DNA of 64,000 nucleotides from the human T2T-CHM13v2.0 reference genome, Homo sapiens: assembly GCF_009914755.1 (NCBI RefSeq), contig NC_060937.1, one strand, 5' to 3'. The position numbers were made by a program, and so were the translations under genes. Of this stretch, positions 25,830 through 42,700 are shown piece by piece. The notes below the pieces were generated by a model, which was not told the origin of the DNA, made no database searches, and saw only the letters and a program-made list of their open reading frames with translations. Every line of letters starts with the position of its first letter. The stretch's first letter is position 1.

Positions 25830-26935
25830 ACTCTTATTCAAATATAAATGAACACATGTCAAAGATTTTATTTAGTTAATTAATGAATACAAAAACAGGT
25901 AGATGTAGATGTAGATACAGATATGCAGACACAGTCAAGAATATTGAAATAATTTTGCTTACAGATGCAAAGCTATATAAAATATTATCTTTGAAATACA
26001 TTTTTCTGTTGAGTAGATAACAATTTTATCTCTACTGGAAAAATCCATTTGCCTTTTAGTAGACAAGAACAATTTGTACGACTATGAATTTTCTACTGTT
26101 TATAGAGTTGAAAACTAGCCTAGTAAAGGGTAAACAAAGGAACAGACACTACCTAGTCAATAAGCTTAGAGGGTCAGCTAGGCAACCAATCAAAACAGAG
26201 GTCTTTTGATTTAAGAGTGATTAAAATTCAATTTATTAAAACCTGCCAGAATTAGGGTACAGTCAATAGTCGTATCCTGAGAGGTCAAGGCCTTTCCCAA
26301 TTACAAGCACATGGACACACAGATGCACTGATATGGAGAGAGCATACATAGCTTTAGTTTCACAATCTCAGGCAAAGGTTGAAAGTAAACACAGAAACAC
26401 AAAAACTCACTCATTCAGGTCTCTCAGAATTGTTTTCACATTCTGTGGACAAAATATTCTTAATTGATTTGAGCACACATAGAGACAAAAGATAAAGACA
26501 AAAAGAAAAGACTTAAACACAAGATTCCCTTATTTCTCATTCATCAGATAATATATTTCTATTACCTATCTGATGTAGATCATCAGAAAGTCACACCATA
26601 AAATCCATTTTCTAATCACTGTTGTCACCAAGGTGGAATAAATTATTCTATTGCACAAACCAGACACACAATTAGTAGAGAGGAAAAGGAATACAGAAAT
26701 GGAGTCAGCAAAGTTTAAATGTTTTTGCTGCTTGGTATTTATCACAGGAGTCAAGAGAATAAATAGCTTGGCTTAAACAGTTCAAGAGATCCACTTCAAC
26801 AACCTGGTCCATTCAGGTGAATCCATTGTGTATCTCTGTGGGCCTCCAAAATGGATAAAATGTGATTTTCAAAACAGTAAATCCATGACTGTTACACAGA
26901 TATAAAATATTTTATTCAACATATTTATTAATGAA
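25830..26935. mobile_element. Possible decayed ERV internal/LTR sequence
   Basis: Recalled resemblance only (AAACACAGAAACACAAAAACTCAC; TTAATGAAGGAACCGGTAAGAT); not firmly identified. Confidence 0.3.
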
Positions 26936-26952
26936 GGAACCGGTAAGATTTT

Positions 26953-27551
26953 TTAAATTTTATTTTATTTCAATAGTTTTGGGGGGAACAGGTGGTTTTT
27001 GGATTCATAGATAAGTTCTTTAGTGGTGATTTCTGAGACTTTGGTGTACCCATCATGCAAGCAGTGTACACTGTACTCAGTGTGTAGTCTTTCATTCCTC
27101 ACTCCCTACTCCCATTCTTTCCCCTGAGTCCCCAGAGTACATTATGTCACTTCTTATGCCTTTGGGTCCTCATAGCTTAGCTCCCACTTATAAGTGAGAA
27201 CAGACAATATTTGGTTTCGCATTCCTGAGTTACTTCACTTAGAATAATGGTCTCCAACTCCATCCAGATTGCTGCCAATGCCATTATTTTGTTTATTTTT
27301 ATGGCTGAGTTGTATTCCATGGTTTATATATACCACATTTTCTTTATCCATTTGTTGATTGATGGGCATTTGGGCTGGTTCCATATTTTTGCAATTGCAA
27401 ATTGTGCTGCTATGAACGTGTGTGTAAGTGTCTTTTTCGTATAATGACTTCTTTTCCTCTAGGCAGATACCCAGTAGTTCTTCAAGGAATCTCCACACTG
27501 TTTTCCATAGTGATTGTACTGGTTTACATTCCCACCAGCAGTGTAAAAGTG
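26953..27551 (-). mobile_element. 5'-truncated L1PB 3' end
   Basis: TTCAATAGTTTTGGGGGGAACAGGTGG...CTCCCACTTATAAGTGAGAAC; 18-bp TSD AGGAACC(G/A)GTAAGATTTT at 26935-26952 and 27552-27569. Confidence 0.92.
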
Positions 27552-28552
27552 AGGAACCAGTAAGATTTTAAAACTGGTTAAAGTAGAATCAAATTTATAT
27601 CTCTGTATGTTTATGTATAGATATATATAGAATATATATATAATATATCCTATATATATATCAACAATGCTGAAACAAATTTACTGATAAAGAAATGAAT
27701 TTGTTAATATATATGCAATGAGAGAGCCTTGTAAATCCTTTCTATTTGTATTTTCTTTTGCCTATTTGTGTGTTCAAATCATTTAAAAATTTTGTGTCCA
27801 CTGATGAGAACTGCTTTGAGAGATCTGAATTTGCTAATATACTTTAAAAAGTTTAATACTTTATAGGGCAATAAAATATAATGTTTAAAATTGTCTTTTC
27901 TTCAAGGCAGATATAAATTGTATTTCTACAGAACAAAGTTTTTGTATTTCTATGTACAATAACCACTTGCATTACTGTCAGCTTTCTACAATTTAAAGAG
28001 TTATAAAGTAATCTAGTCAAGGCACTCAGCAGTTGCTATAGAATGAGACATCTCTAAAGGGCCAGCTAGAGAATGCCAGCATTCCATTGAAGGCCATTCA
28101 GTAATTTTATTTTTTCCATTTTAAAGTCTTTCACAGTTTTTCCTAACAAACCCTGAAGAGGAAGCAAACTGCTGACCCAGAAAAACAAGGTATTAATAGC
28201 AAAGGTGATGAGAATACATTAAAACACCAAGGGGGAAATGACGTCAGAAAGGTAGATTTGTATACAATGTAATGTCACAAAACAGTGTAAGGTATTGAGG
28301 GAATATTGAAAGTCCAGTATAGTTGGAAAGTGAGATTTCAGTCAAGTAAAATGACACTGGAGAGGTCTACTGAAGTTGGATTTTGAAGCAGCATTGGTTT
28401 TAAGCGGTGAATAACCTTATAGTTGGTTCCACAACCCTTCCTCAAAGATGACTCTATTGATGCCATGAAGAGGGAAGTAGAGTGAAGGGCTACTGGAATG
28501 CAAGGTATTCTATAAATCTGTGGAAAATGGTAAAGATCATGTATTATATTAG

Positions 28553-29017
<465 letters not shown>

Positions 29018-30483
29018 TAAATTATTGCCTTAGCCCATTGCAAATATACAGGTAGATTTTCCATTTAGTGGGCCAAATTTGTGTATCAATATATGTACAT
29101 GATGACTTGTATCTGATTTAAATGCATATATAGGAAGCTTCCATTAGATAACTTCCAAAGGAACTTCATTACAGCCTGGGGTAGTTTACACACAATTAGC
29201 ATAGTAAAAAGGAAATGTTGTTGTTGTTATTGTTGTTTACTTCACTTTAACTCAGAATATATGTATCCAAATTTTAGAAGTAGCACAATACAAATAAATA
29301 GATTCCAGAATTCATTTAATACATTTTAATTTCATAATAAAAAAGAAAAACGACTATATAATGAATAGATACCAGTAGATGCCATTTTTTAAATTCTTCT
29401 TTGTCTTAGAAATTTGGAACATTTTTGTTGTTGTTTTTATAGATACTTGAGGTGAATATTAGATACTTCACAATTCATGATGGTTACTTTTATAGCAATA
29501 ACTTGATAATACAATATACTCCCATCTATTTTAAAATTTGCTTTTAATACATTTATATATCAGTCTCTAAAAATAATAGGCAAGTATCACAAACTATATG
29601 CCTTTTTTTCCAGCAGGCAGAGAATTATGTTCTGACACAAATGACATTTTTCTGCCTCCCTCAGAATATTTTTAACTGAGAACTCATGGGGGAGATTGTA
29701 GTAATAAAAACGCAACCTAGCAATGAATTTATTATAGTAGAATTTTTATTATAAAGATGTTAAGTCAAGAGAAATGGTTTATGATACTGCTGATTCTTAA
29801 AATATGAATGGCTTTCTCCTCCCCACTTTTAGCAAAGTATGATAAAAAAAAAAAAAAAGACAATGAGACCATGCTGAAAATGTAGAGTTATAGCTGTTCT
29901 TTTACCTCTTAGATCTTCAGTCATGAATTTAGGATTCAGACTTTGAATTACAGAGCACATTTCATTAGAATAATTTTTAACACTGAAATCTTCTATCCCA
30001 AAGCTTCTTTCTAGTGCTCTTTATGGAAAGAAAATGAATTTCTATTTTTGCAACTGGTAAAGAGATGTGCTAATCAGTTTTTCCTGTCTTAATAGATAAA
30101 CTGATTTTATATTAGAGGAGAAAATCTGCACCATTATTTTCCTAGCAATCTAGAGCTGGAAGGGCAGATATGGGGCACAAATTCCACCACTCAACTAACT
30201 TTTTCCCATGGCAAACATTACTAACCTTACAATGTACTTTTTTTCTGTAAGACTGCAAATGACCTCAGAGTAATCTTCAAATCAGTTGGAGTTAGCACAA
30301 AAAAGAAAAACTATTTGCCATCCTGGATTTCATGGTCTAGCAGGAATAAAATAATTTAACAATGACAATTTTATTTCAAATAAAATTGAAATAATAGCCA
30401 TCACCACTATATAGAGTTCACCGTTTCACTGATGCTGCTGCACCATGCAGACAAACAAATGGTGGTCAAAATAACTATAATAA

Positions 30484-31242
<759 letters not shown>

Positions 31243-33037
31243 ATAAGAAATAAAAGTTAATATGTAATGATTATAATAACAGATTCAATTATTCATGTTT
31301 CTTGCCATTGATCGTTCTAACAATTTACCAAAACATGGATAATTTCTTTTCCAAATATTTCTAATGGAGATACTGATAAATTAATGCAGTTGTACAATTT
31401 CTAGTTTTTGTGTAATGAGTTCAAAATACACAGCTGCCAGGCCTACAGGATATATTTGGCATGAAAATTGAATAAAGGCAAGAAATCAAAACACTTTATA
31501 CATTATACATATATAAATATATTTGTATTGGTTATATATGTGCATGAACATATAAATTTAGCATGGCAGAGGCCAGCTTTCCAGGATCCTCAGACTTCTA
31601 CACTGGTTCTAAATATGAAAATAGTCAAAACAGTCATAAAATGAAATAGACAAAAAGTTAAAGGTTTTGGAGAGTCAGGATGCCATTCTTGACATTGAAA
31701 TCTGAGTTGTGATTATCGCAGTGATAAGAGCAATTCCAATTTGATTTATAATGTTTACTTAATAGAGATTTTATTTGGATAAAAGAGTATATAAAATGGC
31801 AGGAAAATTCAAGTTACTCAACAAATGATATCTGTAATTCCACCTTCTGGAGAAGCAGACCACAAAGTCTTTGAGAATAAGAAGCATGCCTTTATTCATG
31901 TTTACATCCTTACACTTAGGATGTGCTTGATACGTGCCTTTGAGCAGTAATGAATGGTTGATTAGTTTCCCTGGTAGAAGGATAGGAATGTCTGATTGGT
32001 TGCAATGTCTCTGTGTTGCCTGACCCTGACGGTAGAGTAAGGATGTGGTGGAAAATTCATCTGAAGAGAGGATCACCATCTCTTTCTCTATACAATGCTC
32101 CTGGAGGTCCAAGAACATGTGCATGCCTATGAACTATGTGGGCTAAGAGAGAAAGATAACAAAGACTTTGGATTGGGTGGTGATAAATCAGATGGAGAGA
32201 GCAAGACCAGTTCTATCAAAATTAGATTTTTTAACATAAAAAATCTAGGTACAGCCTAGAGAATCTCTGAGGGGATCTCTGATGGAGGTGACAAGGATAT
32301 TACAAGATCTCTTGGGTGGATCCTGTTTGCTGTTGCAGACTCAAACTATCCTACATCTGTCAGCACCTGCATAAGAGGTCTATCTTCATAACCAAAAGGA
32401 ACTTTCCAGATAAATGGTCACCTAGTATTTGGGGTCACCATAAACCAGTGTGTTTTAGTAATGCTTGCTAACTTCTGTTTTGGAAGTTCTTGTAATTCAT
32501 TCAAGTTCCCCTCAGTTTAAGAAAAAAATATTTTATGAACTTTCTCTCATTAGCTAATGTGGAAGGCTCTGATTTTTAAAACTTTTTGCCATAAGAAAAC
32601 TTTGAGAACCTCGAACTTTAAAAAATGTCATATATTCATGAATTGAGTTTGCAGAGGACAAGTTAATATGAGGATTAACAAAATACTTTTTATCCTCACT
32701 GGTTCTATTATATTTTTGACCCTTTGATGAAAAATCATTTATCAGAACCATAGGCTTCATAGAAAAGAGCAAGAGAGCAAAACTATCTACTGCTAGATAA
32801 TTATAGAGCTAATTCCTAGAAAGAAATGTTAGTGTCTATGAAATTTGTTCCTCAATTTAGTCCCCTATGGATTTTTTTTTAATTCAGTCTATTTACTGAG
32901 GCTTTTCAGGTATGCAACATGCTGAAAAAGGCATAATTAGAATGTTCACTCAACACAAAGATAGTTTTGAGGGCTTTCAATCTTGCATTTTCAAAGCAAC
33001 TTTTAATGTTGCTATTTTCTGGAATTCGATCAATGGT

Positions 33038-33506
33038 TGTATTAGTGTTTTCCATTGCTTCTATAACAAATTACCACAAAATTTGTGGCTTAAAACAACA
33101 AAAAATTATTTACAGTTCTAAAGGTCAGAAGGCCCCAATGTGTCATATGGGACTAAAATTAAGGTGTTGTAAGACTGCATTCCTTCTGCAGATTCTGGGG
33201 GAGAATCCAGTCTTTGTGTGGTCCAGCTTCTCAAAAGCACCTCCATTCCTTAATTTGTGGTTCCCTTCTAGTGGTCACAGCACTTTGACCTCTCCTTCTC
33301 TGACTCTATCCCTCCTACTTCCTTCTTATAAGGACCTTGTGATTACACTAAGCCCACCTAGATAATCCAGAATAATCTCCCCATCCCAAAGAGCCTTAAA
33401 TTAATCACATGTGCAAAGCTCCTTTTGCCATGGAAGGCAACATATTCACAGGTTCTAGGGATTAGGATTTGGATTTCTTTGGGGGACCATTTTTCTGCCT
33501 AACACA
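33038..33506 (-). mobile_element. MLT1 (C/D-type) solo LTR
   Basis: TGTATTAG...TGCCTAACACA; perfect TSD ATGGT at 33033-33037 and 33507-33511. Confidence 0.9.
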
Positions 33507-34424
33507 ATGGTCAAATATTAAGGTGAGTTTTTATAAATACTTTCCCTAATTTTAAGTAAATAAAAGCTCTATTTTTATTTGAGGGTGAAAAATATAGAGA
33601 TCACATTCTCTAACATAGTGTCTTAAAATAGTAAAGTATAAATATTTTTATTCCAAATAAAGAGTTCAAGTAAGATAGATGCCAGTAACGAAAAGGTCAT
33701 TGATAATGTTTAGACAGATGCCAACACTGTTAAAAACAAGGAACATAATGACTGTTTTCCACTTATGAGAAAATATACTTAGAAATGATGTTTAGTCAAA
33801 AATTTTGGAAGTGGATAAATAAAATATGATATTTGATGGAATACCATCACCATTAAAACGAATGAAAAATATCTGTATTTAAGAATAAGAATAAAGTCAA
33901 AAACACAAAATTAAGCAATGAAAGCATGTTTCAAAGTAACTTTACCCACTAGAATATCAAGTCCAGCTTCGATCAGATGGACATGGATATGCGTTACTTA
34001 TGAAAATTAACTGAGCTCTATGCTTTGGATATGTGCACTTTTTTGTATGTATTATACTTTAAAACAACTTTTTAAAAGTTGTAGCATATTCTGATCATAA
34101 AATTATGACATTTATATAAATTTTATTATGATACACTATACTACTGCTTGTTGTTTATGCAAGTATAAAGTACTCATTATGTACCAAAACTGTGTCAGGT
34201 GGTCAACATTCTTCATATCATCAAATCCTGGAATTAACCTGTGGTATAAGTTAAACTGGTTATCCAGAGAAAGACTCACAGGTTTAAAGAAATTAATTTA
34301 CACAGGTCACAGAGCTAGCAGTCCAGGAAGCAATATTTGAAATCAACACAGATGTTGGTTATAACTGCCACTCTTTTTTTAACTAATTTAAGAAGTTTTA
34401 AACATTACTAGTTCCCACATGTGT

Positions 34425-34681
34425 AGAAAAAATGTATCTAAACATCATAAAGGTTATATATGACAGACATACAGCTAATATCATACTCAACTGGGAAAAG
34501 TTGAAAGCTTTTCCTCTAAGATCTGGAACAAAACAAGAATTCTCACTCTTGCCACGTTATTCAACACAGTACTGGAAGTCTTAGCCAGAGCAATTAGACA
34601 AAAACAATAAAAAATCTAAACTAGAACAAGTTAAATCATCCCTGTTTGCAGATGACATGATCTTATACAAAAGCCTAAAGA

Positions 34682-34730
<49 letters not shown>

Positions 34731-36700
34731 ATGAGAAGAAACACAGTAACGTTGCAGGATACAAAATCAACCTAAAAATCCATAGCATTTCTATACACTA
34801 ATAGCCAACTATCTGAAAAGAAATCAAGAAAATAATTCCATTTACAATAGCTACAAAAAAAACACACATGGAAATAAAATTGACTAAGAAGATGATAAAT
34901 CTCTACACTGAATATTATTAAACACTGAAGAAAGAAGTTGAAGAAGATACAAATTAATGAAAAGATATCCCATTTTCATAAATGGGAAGATGTAATATTG
35001 CTTAATTGTCTGTATTACCAAAAGTGATATACAAATTCTATACAATCCCTACCAAAATACTAATGACATTCTTCACAGAAATAGAAAAAAATCCTAAAAT
35101 TTGTATGGAACAACAGGAGACTCCAAATGACCAAAGCAATCTTGAGCATAAAGAAAAAAAGCTGGAGGCATCAGGCTACCAAAATAAACTCTAAAGCTAT
35201 AGTAATGAAAACGGCATAGTGCTGGCATAAATACAAACACATATACCAATAGGACAGAGTAGAGAGCCCAGAAATAAATCCACAAGTTTGCAGTCAACTG
35301 ATTTTCAACAAAGGTGCCAAGAACACACAATGGGGAAAGGACAGTCTCTTTAATAAGTGGTTTTGGTAACACTGGATATCTACAGGCAGAACAAGGCAAT
35401 TTAGACACTTCTCTCTCATCATATACAAAAATCAAGTCAAAATGGGATTGAGACTTAAATGTGTAAGACCTAAAACTATAAACTACTAGAAGAAAACATG
35501 GGGAAAGTTCCATGACATTGGTCTGAGTAATGATTTTTTGGATATAACCACAGAAGCACAGGCAACAAAAGCAAAAATAAACAAATTGTATTATATTGAA
35601 TTAAAAAGCTTCTGCACAGCAAAAGAAACCATGAACAAAGTGAAGAGAGAACCTATAGAATGAGAGAAAGTATCTTCAAGCTATACATCTCATAATGGCT
35701 AATATCCAAAATATATAAGAAATGTAAACAACTCAATATCAAGAGAACAAATAACCCAGTTTAAAAATGTGCAAAAGACCTGAATAGACATTGCTCACAA
35801 AAAGACATATGAATGGCCAACCGATATATGAAAAAAATGCTCAACATCACTAATAACCAGAGAAATGCAAATCAAAACCACAACAGAATACCACCTCACT
35901 CCAGTTAGAATGATTATTATGAAAAAGACAAAAGATAAGTGTTGGCAAGGATGTAGAAAAAGGGAATCTTTGCCTGCCGTTGGTGGAATGTAAACTAGTA
36001 TAAACAATATGGAAAACAGAATGGAAGCTTCTCAAAGAATTAAAAATAGGACTACTGTATCTTCAAGAAGTCCCACTACTGGGTAAATATCTAAAGCAGA
36101 GGAAATGAGTATATGAAAGAGATATCTGTGCTGCCATGTTTATTGCAGTACTGTTCACAATAGCCAAGGTATGGAATCAAACTAAGATAAATGGATTGAG
36201 AATTAATAGATGAAAGGATTAAGAAACTGTTATAAATATACTCAATGGAATACTATTCAGACATAAAAAAAGGAAATCCTGTCATTTGAGACAACATGGA
36301 TGAATCTGAAGATTATGTTAAGTAACATAAACCAGGCAGAGAAAGATAAATACCACATGATCTCACTCACATGTGGAATCTATAAAAGATTGTCTCATAG
36401 AAATAGAGAGTAGATTGGTGGTTACTGGAAGCTAAGATGGTTGGGAGAGTATTGAGGACTGTTGGTCAAAGGATACAAGATGGATTGTATAGCATAGTGA
36501 CTATATTAGTGATGCTGAAAAAATGCTAAAAGTGGATGTTATGTGTTTTCATCACAAAAAATGGTAACTATGTGAATTAATGAATATGCTAATTAGCTAG
36601 ATTTAGCTATTCCACAATGTGTATATCCTTCAAAACAGCATGTTGTACACAATAAATACATACAATTGTATTACATCTGTCAATTAAATAAATTTGAAAA
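34425..36700 (+). mobile_element. 5'-truncated L1MA (approx. L1MA4-5)
   Basis: RT-region remnants (CTGTTTGCAGATGACATGATC, i.e. LFADDM); 3' UTR AATTAGCTAGATTTAGCTATTCCACAATGTGTAT. Confidence 0.9.
34685..34728. repeat. (CA)22 microsatellite inside L1
   Basis: Perfect dinucleotide run read directly. Confidence 0.97.
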
Positions 36701-37070
36701 AATAATAGTTTCAATATGCATGAAAGTGTTACTAATAGTAACACGTACATGTGATCCTTACCATTTCCCAGCAAACTTATTACATTTCTTAGAAATGAAT
36801 TGTAATAGCACGCATTAATTCATTTGTGAAATTGAAGCTCACCTGTTGAACCATAACACTCTTCTGAAAATCTAAGTTTTTTATTCTAATTTAAACTTCA
36901 TTTTCTTGATCATACCACTACTTTTTATTAATCAAAATTAATAACATATTTTAAAAAATAGAAAACTGATAATTTCAGATTCTTTTGCAAGGCAACAGCC
37001 AAGAGATGAATATTCTGTTATTTGTGGACAGCTAAAATACTAAGTTAAATTACGAAAAATTGAAATTTTC

Positions 37071-37488
<418 letters not shown>

Positions 37489-39303
37489 CTAAATTTATTA
37501 AACTGATCTTTTTATATAGTCTCAAGTTTATTAGTTTCTGAAATCCTAATTGAGTGGCAATTACAGGTAAGACCTTTTTCTAGGGCCCAGAGTAATCAAT
37601 TCTCACAACAAAAACAAATTCCCCGATCTTGTTTTCTTGGTTTTCTGAGTCAATGATCTTTCAATTAAAGTGTAGCAAAATCACAATTGTAAGCACAGCC
37701 AGGCCCTGCTTTGATTGCTTTTAGGAACATTACATAAAGAAGCCAATTATTAATTAACAAGACATAAATTATAATGTGGCTCATATTTTCATTAAATATA
37801 TATTATATAGATTAATTGGATTGCAGTGGTACCCTTTCAAGAAATAATGGTCAAACCTACATTTTTAAGTATGCTTGAGATTAAAAATGTTAAAGCCAAG
37901 ATCTCTGTATTTGTTTGCCCTTCTTGAGGCCTTTTACTATACTACCTTTTATTTCTTGTCCAATTTAATTTTTAAATAATTTTAAACATGAAAGGAATCT
38001 GAATTCAATAAAGCTCTAGAGTGGAGGCTCATGAGGGCAGAGACACAGCCTGTAGTTTCACAATTTTATAACAAGTTCTAGCATAATGATTCTGGGAATG
38101 AATGGCTGAATGAACAGTCTATTTAGAGAAGTCAGAATGGCAACAAATTGTGGAGTTGAAATCATAGACTGAGGAAGACTGCCAGTCCTGCCATAACATT
38201 GCAGAACCTGAGGCAAGTGTACAAATGGGAGTCCACAGAAGGTATTGCCTGTAGATTGACAATCAGAGCTCCTGTCCTATTCACTACACCAAACTGCAGA
38301 GTCCTCTGGGTTTCCAAATGTCTTTTTCAAAATTTTCTGTCTTCCTCCAGTATCTCAGATGACCAGGACTGGCGTGCCCCTTTAGGTATGGTGTCCCAAA
38401 CCTAGACCTGGACTTGCATAGGCATTGCACCCATTTCTCCCATTTGGGATGCTCTCCAAGCTTATAATCACTCTCTCTTGTTTATCCATGCATGCACATA
38501 TTTATGCATACACACTCTTTCTCTCTCTTTGTCTCTCTATCTCTCTTTTTGACGTGGGTTGACCAGAGGCTTCAAATTGCTCAAGGACTCACTCTTGTAT
38601 GGTCATTCTGGGGTTCTGACTGTGCTGTTTATGGTTTACTGGAGAGTCACTCCCTTTTGTCTCTTGCTGGGAGCACCAACAGCTTCAGTCTGTGTCTGAG
38701 TCTGTGCAATTCAGGGACCTGGGAACAGCTGACATTGCAGAGGTCATACAGAGGCATGGTGGTCTTTTGTGATACCTCCCAATTTTAAATGATGACACTG
38801 CTTTAAATTATTTCAAGGCCAAAAAACACATACGTGTGTCAGATCAGTCCCTGGGACTGCCATTTCGTATTATAGAACCTTGAATATTAAAAGGGCTACT
38901 TGAATTTCCCTATACCTTCTCAAGGCATGTTCCCTAAATATCTTGATAGGGCCCTGGACAGTAAGACTCCCCTAGAAGCCAGAGGTTGGCATGGAAGAAA
39001 ACTACCTTTAGTGACTCAGATTGATTTAGATTTTTTGAATGATAAAGGCAACTGTGGGACACATGTCTCCCTGGACCAGAAAAATACAAGACAAACACAA
39101 TTGTAATGTCTAGTAGGGAAGCTTACCATATTTTTTTCCTACTTAGCTCACCAGAGGGTCTTGACGGTCCCTGATAGGCTAAACTTTGAGTGGCTCAAAG
39201 CCTGAGACCAGGGTTTGTTAACTACTGGGGCACAGTGCACTCAACAATTGCTCGTAGGACTTATTTTATAGGAAAATATTGTAAGTGTGCATATATATAT
39301 ATT

Positions 39304-39708
39304 CTTTTTTTTTTTTTTTTTGAGATAGAGTTTCACTCTGTCGCCCAGGCTGGAGTGCAGTGGCACAATCTCAGCCCACTGCAACTTCTGCCTCCTGGAT
39401 TCAAGCAATTCTCTGCCTCAGCCTCTCGAGTAGCTGGCTAATTTTTTTGTATTTTTGGTAGACACGGGGTTTCACTATCTTGGCCAGGCTGATCTTGAAC
39501 TCCTGACCTCATGATCCACCTGCCTCGGCCTCCCAAATTGCTGGGATTAAAGGCACCCACCACCACGCCTGGCGAATTTTTTTGTATTCTTAGTAGAGAT
39601 GGGGTTTCACCATCTTGGCCAGGATGATCTTGAACTCCTGACCTCATGATCCACCCGCTTCAGCCTCCAAAGTGCTGGGATTACAGGCATGAGCCACTGC
39701 GCCCAGCC
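39304..39708 (-). mobile_element. AluS (Sg-like) with duplicated left arm (trimeric, ~405 bp)
   Basis: One right arm and two left-arm bodies within one TSD pair GTGTGC(A/T)TATA at 39285 and 39709. Confidence 0.9.
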
Positions 39709-42700
39709 GTGTGCTTATACTTTTATAAATATAAGCTGTTGTTTCCTTCAAAATCATTGTCCACATACCACTTTTGTAGCATATATGTATATTTTTAAAA
39801 TCTCACAAATTTACTATTATTTTTTGTCTTCTAGCATGTTTTTGTTGTCCTGACAACTGCTATCCACTTAGTCAGTGTATGGGTTGTCAGCTGAGATAAC
39901 AAACAAATCAATTCTCATCTTTTAGATTTCTAAGTATTCTCTTAAACTTAATGCAGAGATGGCAGTCTTAGCAGCCACGGCTTTTGATTTGTAAGAGCTA
40001 GAAGCATTCAGAAAGAGGAAAGTTTCTTTTGAGCTCCAAGAGGTCTAAGATCTGAAGGAAGCAAGATCTGTTGTATAGGCCATAAGCAATAGATTAGAGA
40101 GAATGCAAAATACATGCAGCAAGAGCCATTTCCTTGTCCCATCCTAGCTAAAAATGCTGGGAGGAGTGGGAGAGACAATACTGAAGGAAGCAAGTAGATG
40201 ACAGAGTTTCCCCTGTGTCCTGTCTATGGGCTGAACCATAATGGGATTAGGGCTTCTACTGGGTAAAGATGTGTATTCTGACTTTCCCATCTGGAGACAT
40301 TCCTAGTCTGTAGCCTCTGCGATATACTTTGTATTACAATGACATGGGAGCTTTGAAACAGAAGGAATGCAGGGGCAAAGTGAGGGACATGCAGAGAGGT
40401 GCAGGAGGCAACCCAGCCTTCCCATGCAATCAACAAAAGGGCAGAGGTAAGTTGAGATGGAGAGAAAAAAAAAAAAAGAAAAAAACACGCTACTGGAAGT
40501 TCACACACACTCTTGTGTGTGCAGGAAGTCTAGGTCAACAGAGGGGTAGTGCAACCTAGGATACAGTGTAGACTAGACAGCCAGGGACTGGACAAAAATC
40601 CACTTCTCAGAGAATGCCAGTCTAGAACATAGCAATGACCAAGAATTAGATGATTGATGTGTTTGCACCAATGTCTGGCTGTCTCATCATATCCTCATGG
40701 GAAAAAAGAACTCTCTCTGGGAAGGCAGGTATGTCTGAAAAAATTCTTATGTGACTAAATCTACCTGGAATTGGCAAGACAAAATTTTCTCCTACTGAGT
40801 AGAAGAGAGATCTGAAATAGAACTCAAATTCTGTTACAGGAAAATAAAGGAGGTTCCATTTCTTATACCTGAGTTTGTGGCCTGTGAAAATGCATGACCA
40901 TTGTACAAATATAAAATTTTCCATCTGAGCTGCTACCAATTGCAATACATAATAGTTTTGCATGATGGTTAAGTAATCCTTTAAGTAAATTTGAAGAACA
41001 TGCTTTGCCCGCAAAAATGGAAAAAAAAAATCTAGAAATCTTCTTGCCAAAGTCCAAAGACTTCTAATGAATATTTCAATTCAATGTTGTGAGGCCCTAT
41101 ATTTTTGTTGAATGGTGAAGTACGTGTGATTCATTAAGCTCTCATTCATTATGAAAATAGACTAGCAAATTATATCCTTTGTAAGTAAAATCATTATGAA
41201 CATAATTTACAAAATAGTTTAAGTTCTTTCATGATCTTTCTAAAGGAAAAGCCAAATAGTTTTAAACACTTTGCAAGGGCATTATCATTTAAAAATCTTA
41301 GATCTTACTTCTCGTTAGTTATTTTTTGAAATATTTCTTGGGCAAATATCTAAATTTGGTTGTAATTTGCACAGTATAAAGTATTTTTTATGTGTGCCCC
41401 AGAGAATCATGATCACTATGTTTTCGAGTGTAAAAGTAAAAATGAAATTCTGGTTTCTTACTGTATTCAAATGTTCTTTTCTTTTCCTCTCAAATTTGTG
41501 TAAGCCTATCTTGCCCCTTAGAGACTGTAACATGATCCTTCATCTCTTCAATTTTTGTATTAAATCATTATTTTTGAACTTGCAAAAGCAACATATAAGT
41601 CAGGCAGCAAGTTACAAGTTTAAAATAAGCTGGCTTAACCCTCCATAGGGTTTGAAAATCAGTTATCTACTTAAATTAAGGTAGAAGTCAGAGCTGATTT
41701 AGTGTCCTTCTATGCTATGCACACTCACAATACTGTTCATTACCACGAACATGCCGGTACATGTTTGTTTCCCAGGAAAAATAGAGCCCTATTCATTATT
41801 CATAGAGGTCCTCCTGTACAGTAAAGACATTCATTCTCTAATGGCTCTATGACTAGGGTGTTGTGAAGCCCAAAGATGTTTTTTTTGGAAGACAGTTTAC
41901 CAATTAAAAGCAAACAGCATTGGATTGCTTAGTAATGTCCTCAACATTGATTGGCTGTGATTGCAAATGAACATCAGGAGAAATCCAAAGGCACATCGCC
42001 GCCTGTTTCTATGCTTGCTTGCTTGCTTCAGACACCTCCCTGGAAACAGATCATTAGTACATGGAACTTCCAACTGGCTAGCTCAGACTTTTTTTTTTTT
42101 TTTTGCTTCAAGTAACTTAAAAAATATGCACCAGATTTGCTTTCTCACAAACATTTAATTATTTCCCCCTGAAATGTAATAAAATGTGCGAAGTTAATAT
42201 AGAAGCAAGTTTTAAAAATGATTGCCTGGAAGTGAGTTCAGATTGTGAAGGCAAATAGACCATATTCTTCAAGTAAAAAACAATGATGTGTTATATGAAG
42301 CTAAATACAATAGAATTCTCTGTGGCTGATAAAGAACATAGGATGTCAGCCTTACATGTTTGATGTAAATTCAGCAAAATTAAGCTTAGATTTTGACTTA
42401 CCAGTAAACAATAGAGATCAAGATCAGTGCTATTTTCCTATCCATAGGTCTAAAAATTATTAATAGTTGATATTTATTATGCAGGCTGTAAACCCAGAAT
42501 GTGACACAGTTGGGCTTAATGTAGTCACACAATGGTTAGGAAACTTTCCTCAATGTGGAAGATGGAAGTATGTTTGTGATCATTTTAAGGAATCTAAACT
42601 AAAACAAAATCACTTATGCATAAAAATCTTAATTGAAAATGTTGGCATTGACAAAGAATATGCCACAGGTTTGTCTGGCCATATGGCAGAGTTGTTTTCC

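Noticed and set aside
27600-27662. TA-rich quasi-palindromic tract
   Set aside because: Ordinary degenerate (TA)n low-complexity sequence.
28239-28246. Perfect CRE TGACGTCA
   Set aside because: Single 8-mer in decayed repeat-like sequence with no supporting context; compatible with chance in 64 kb.
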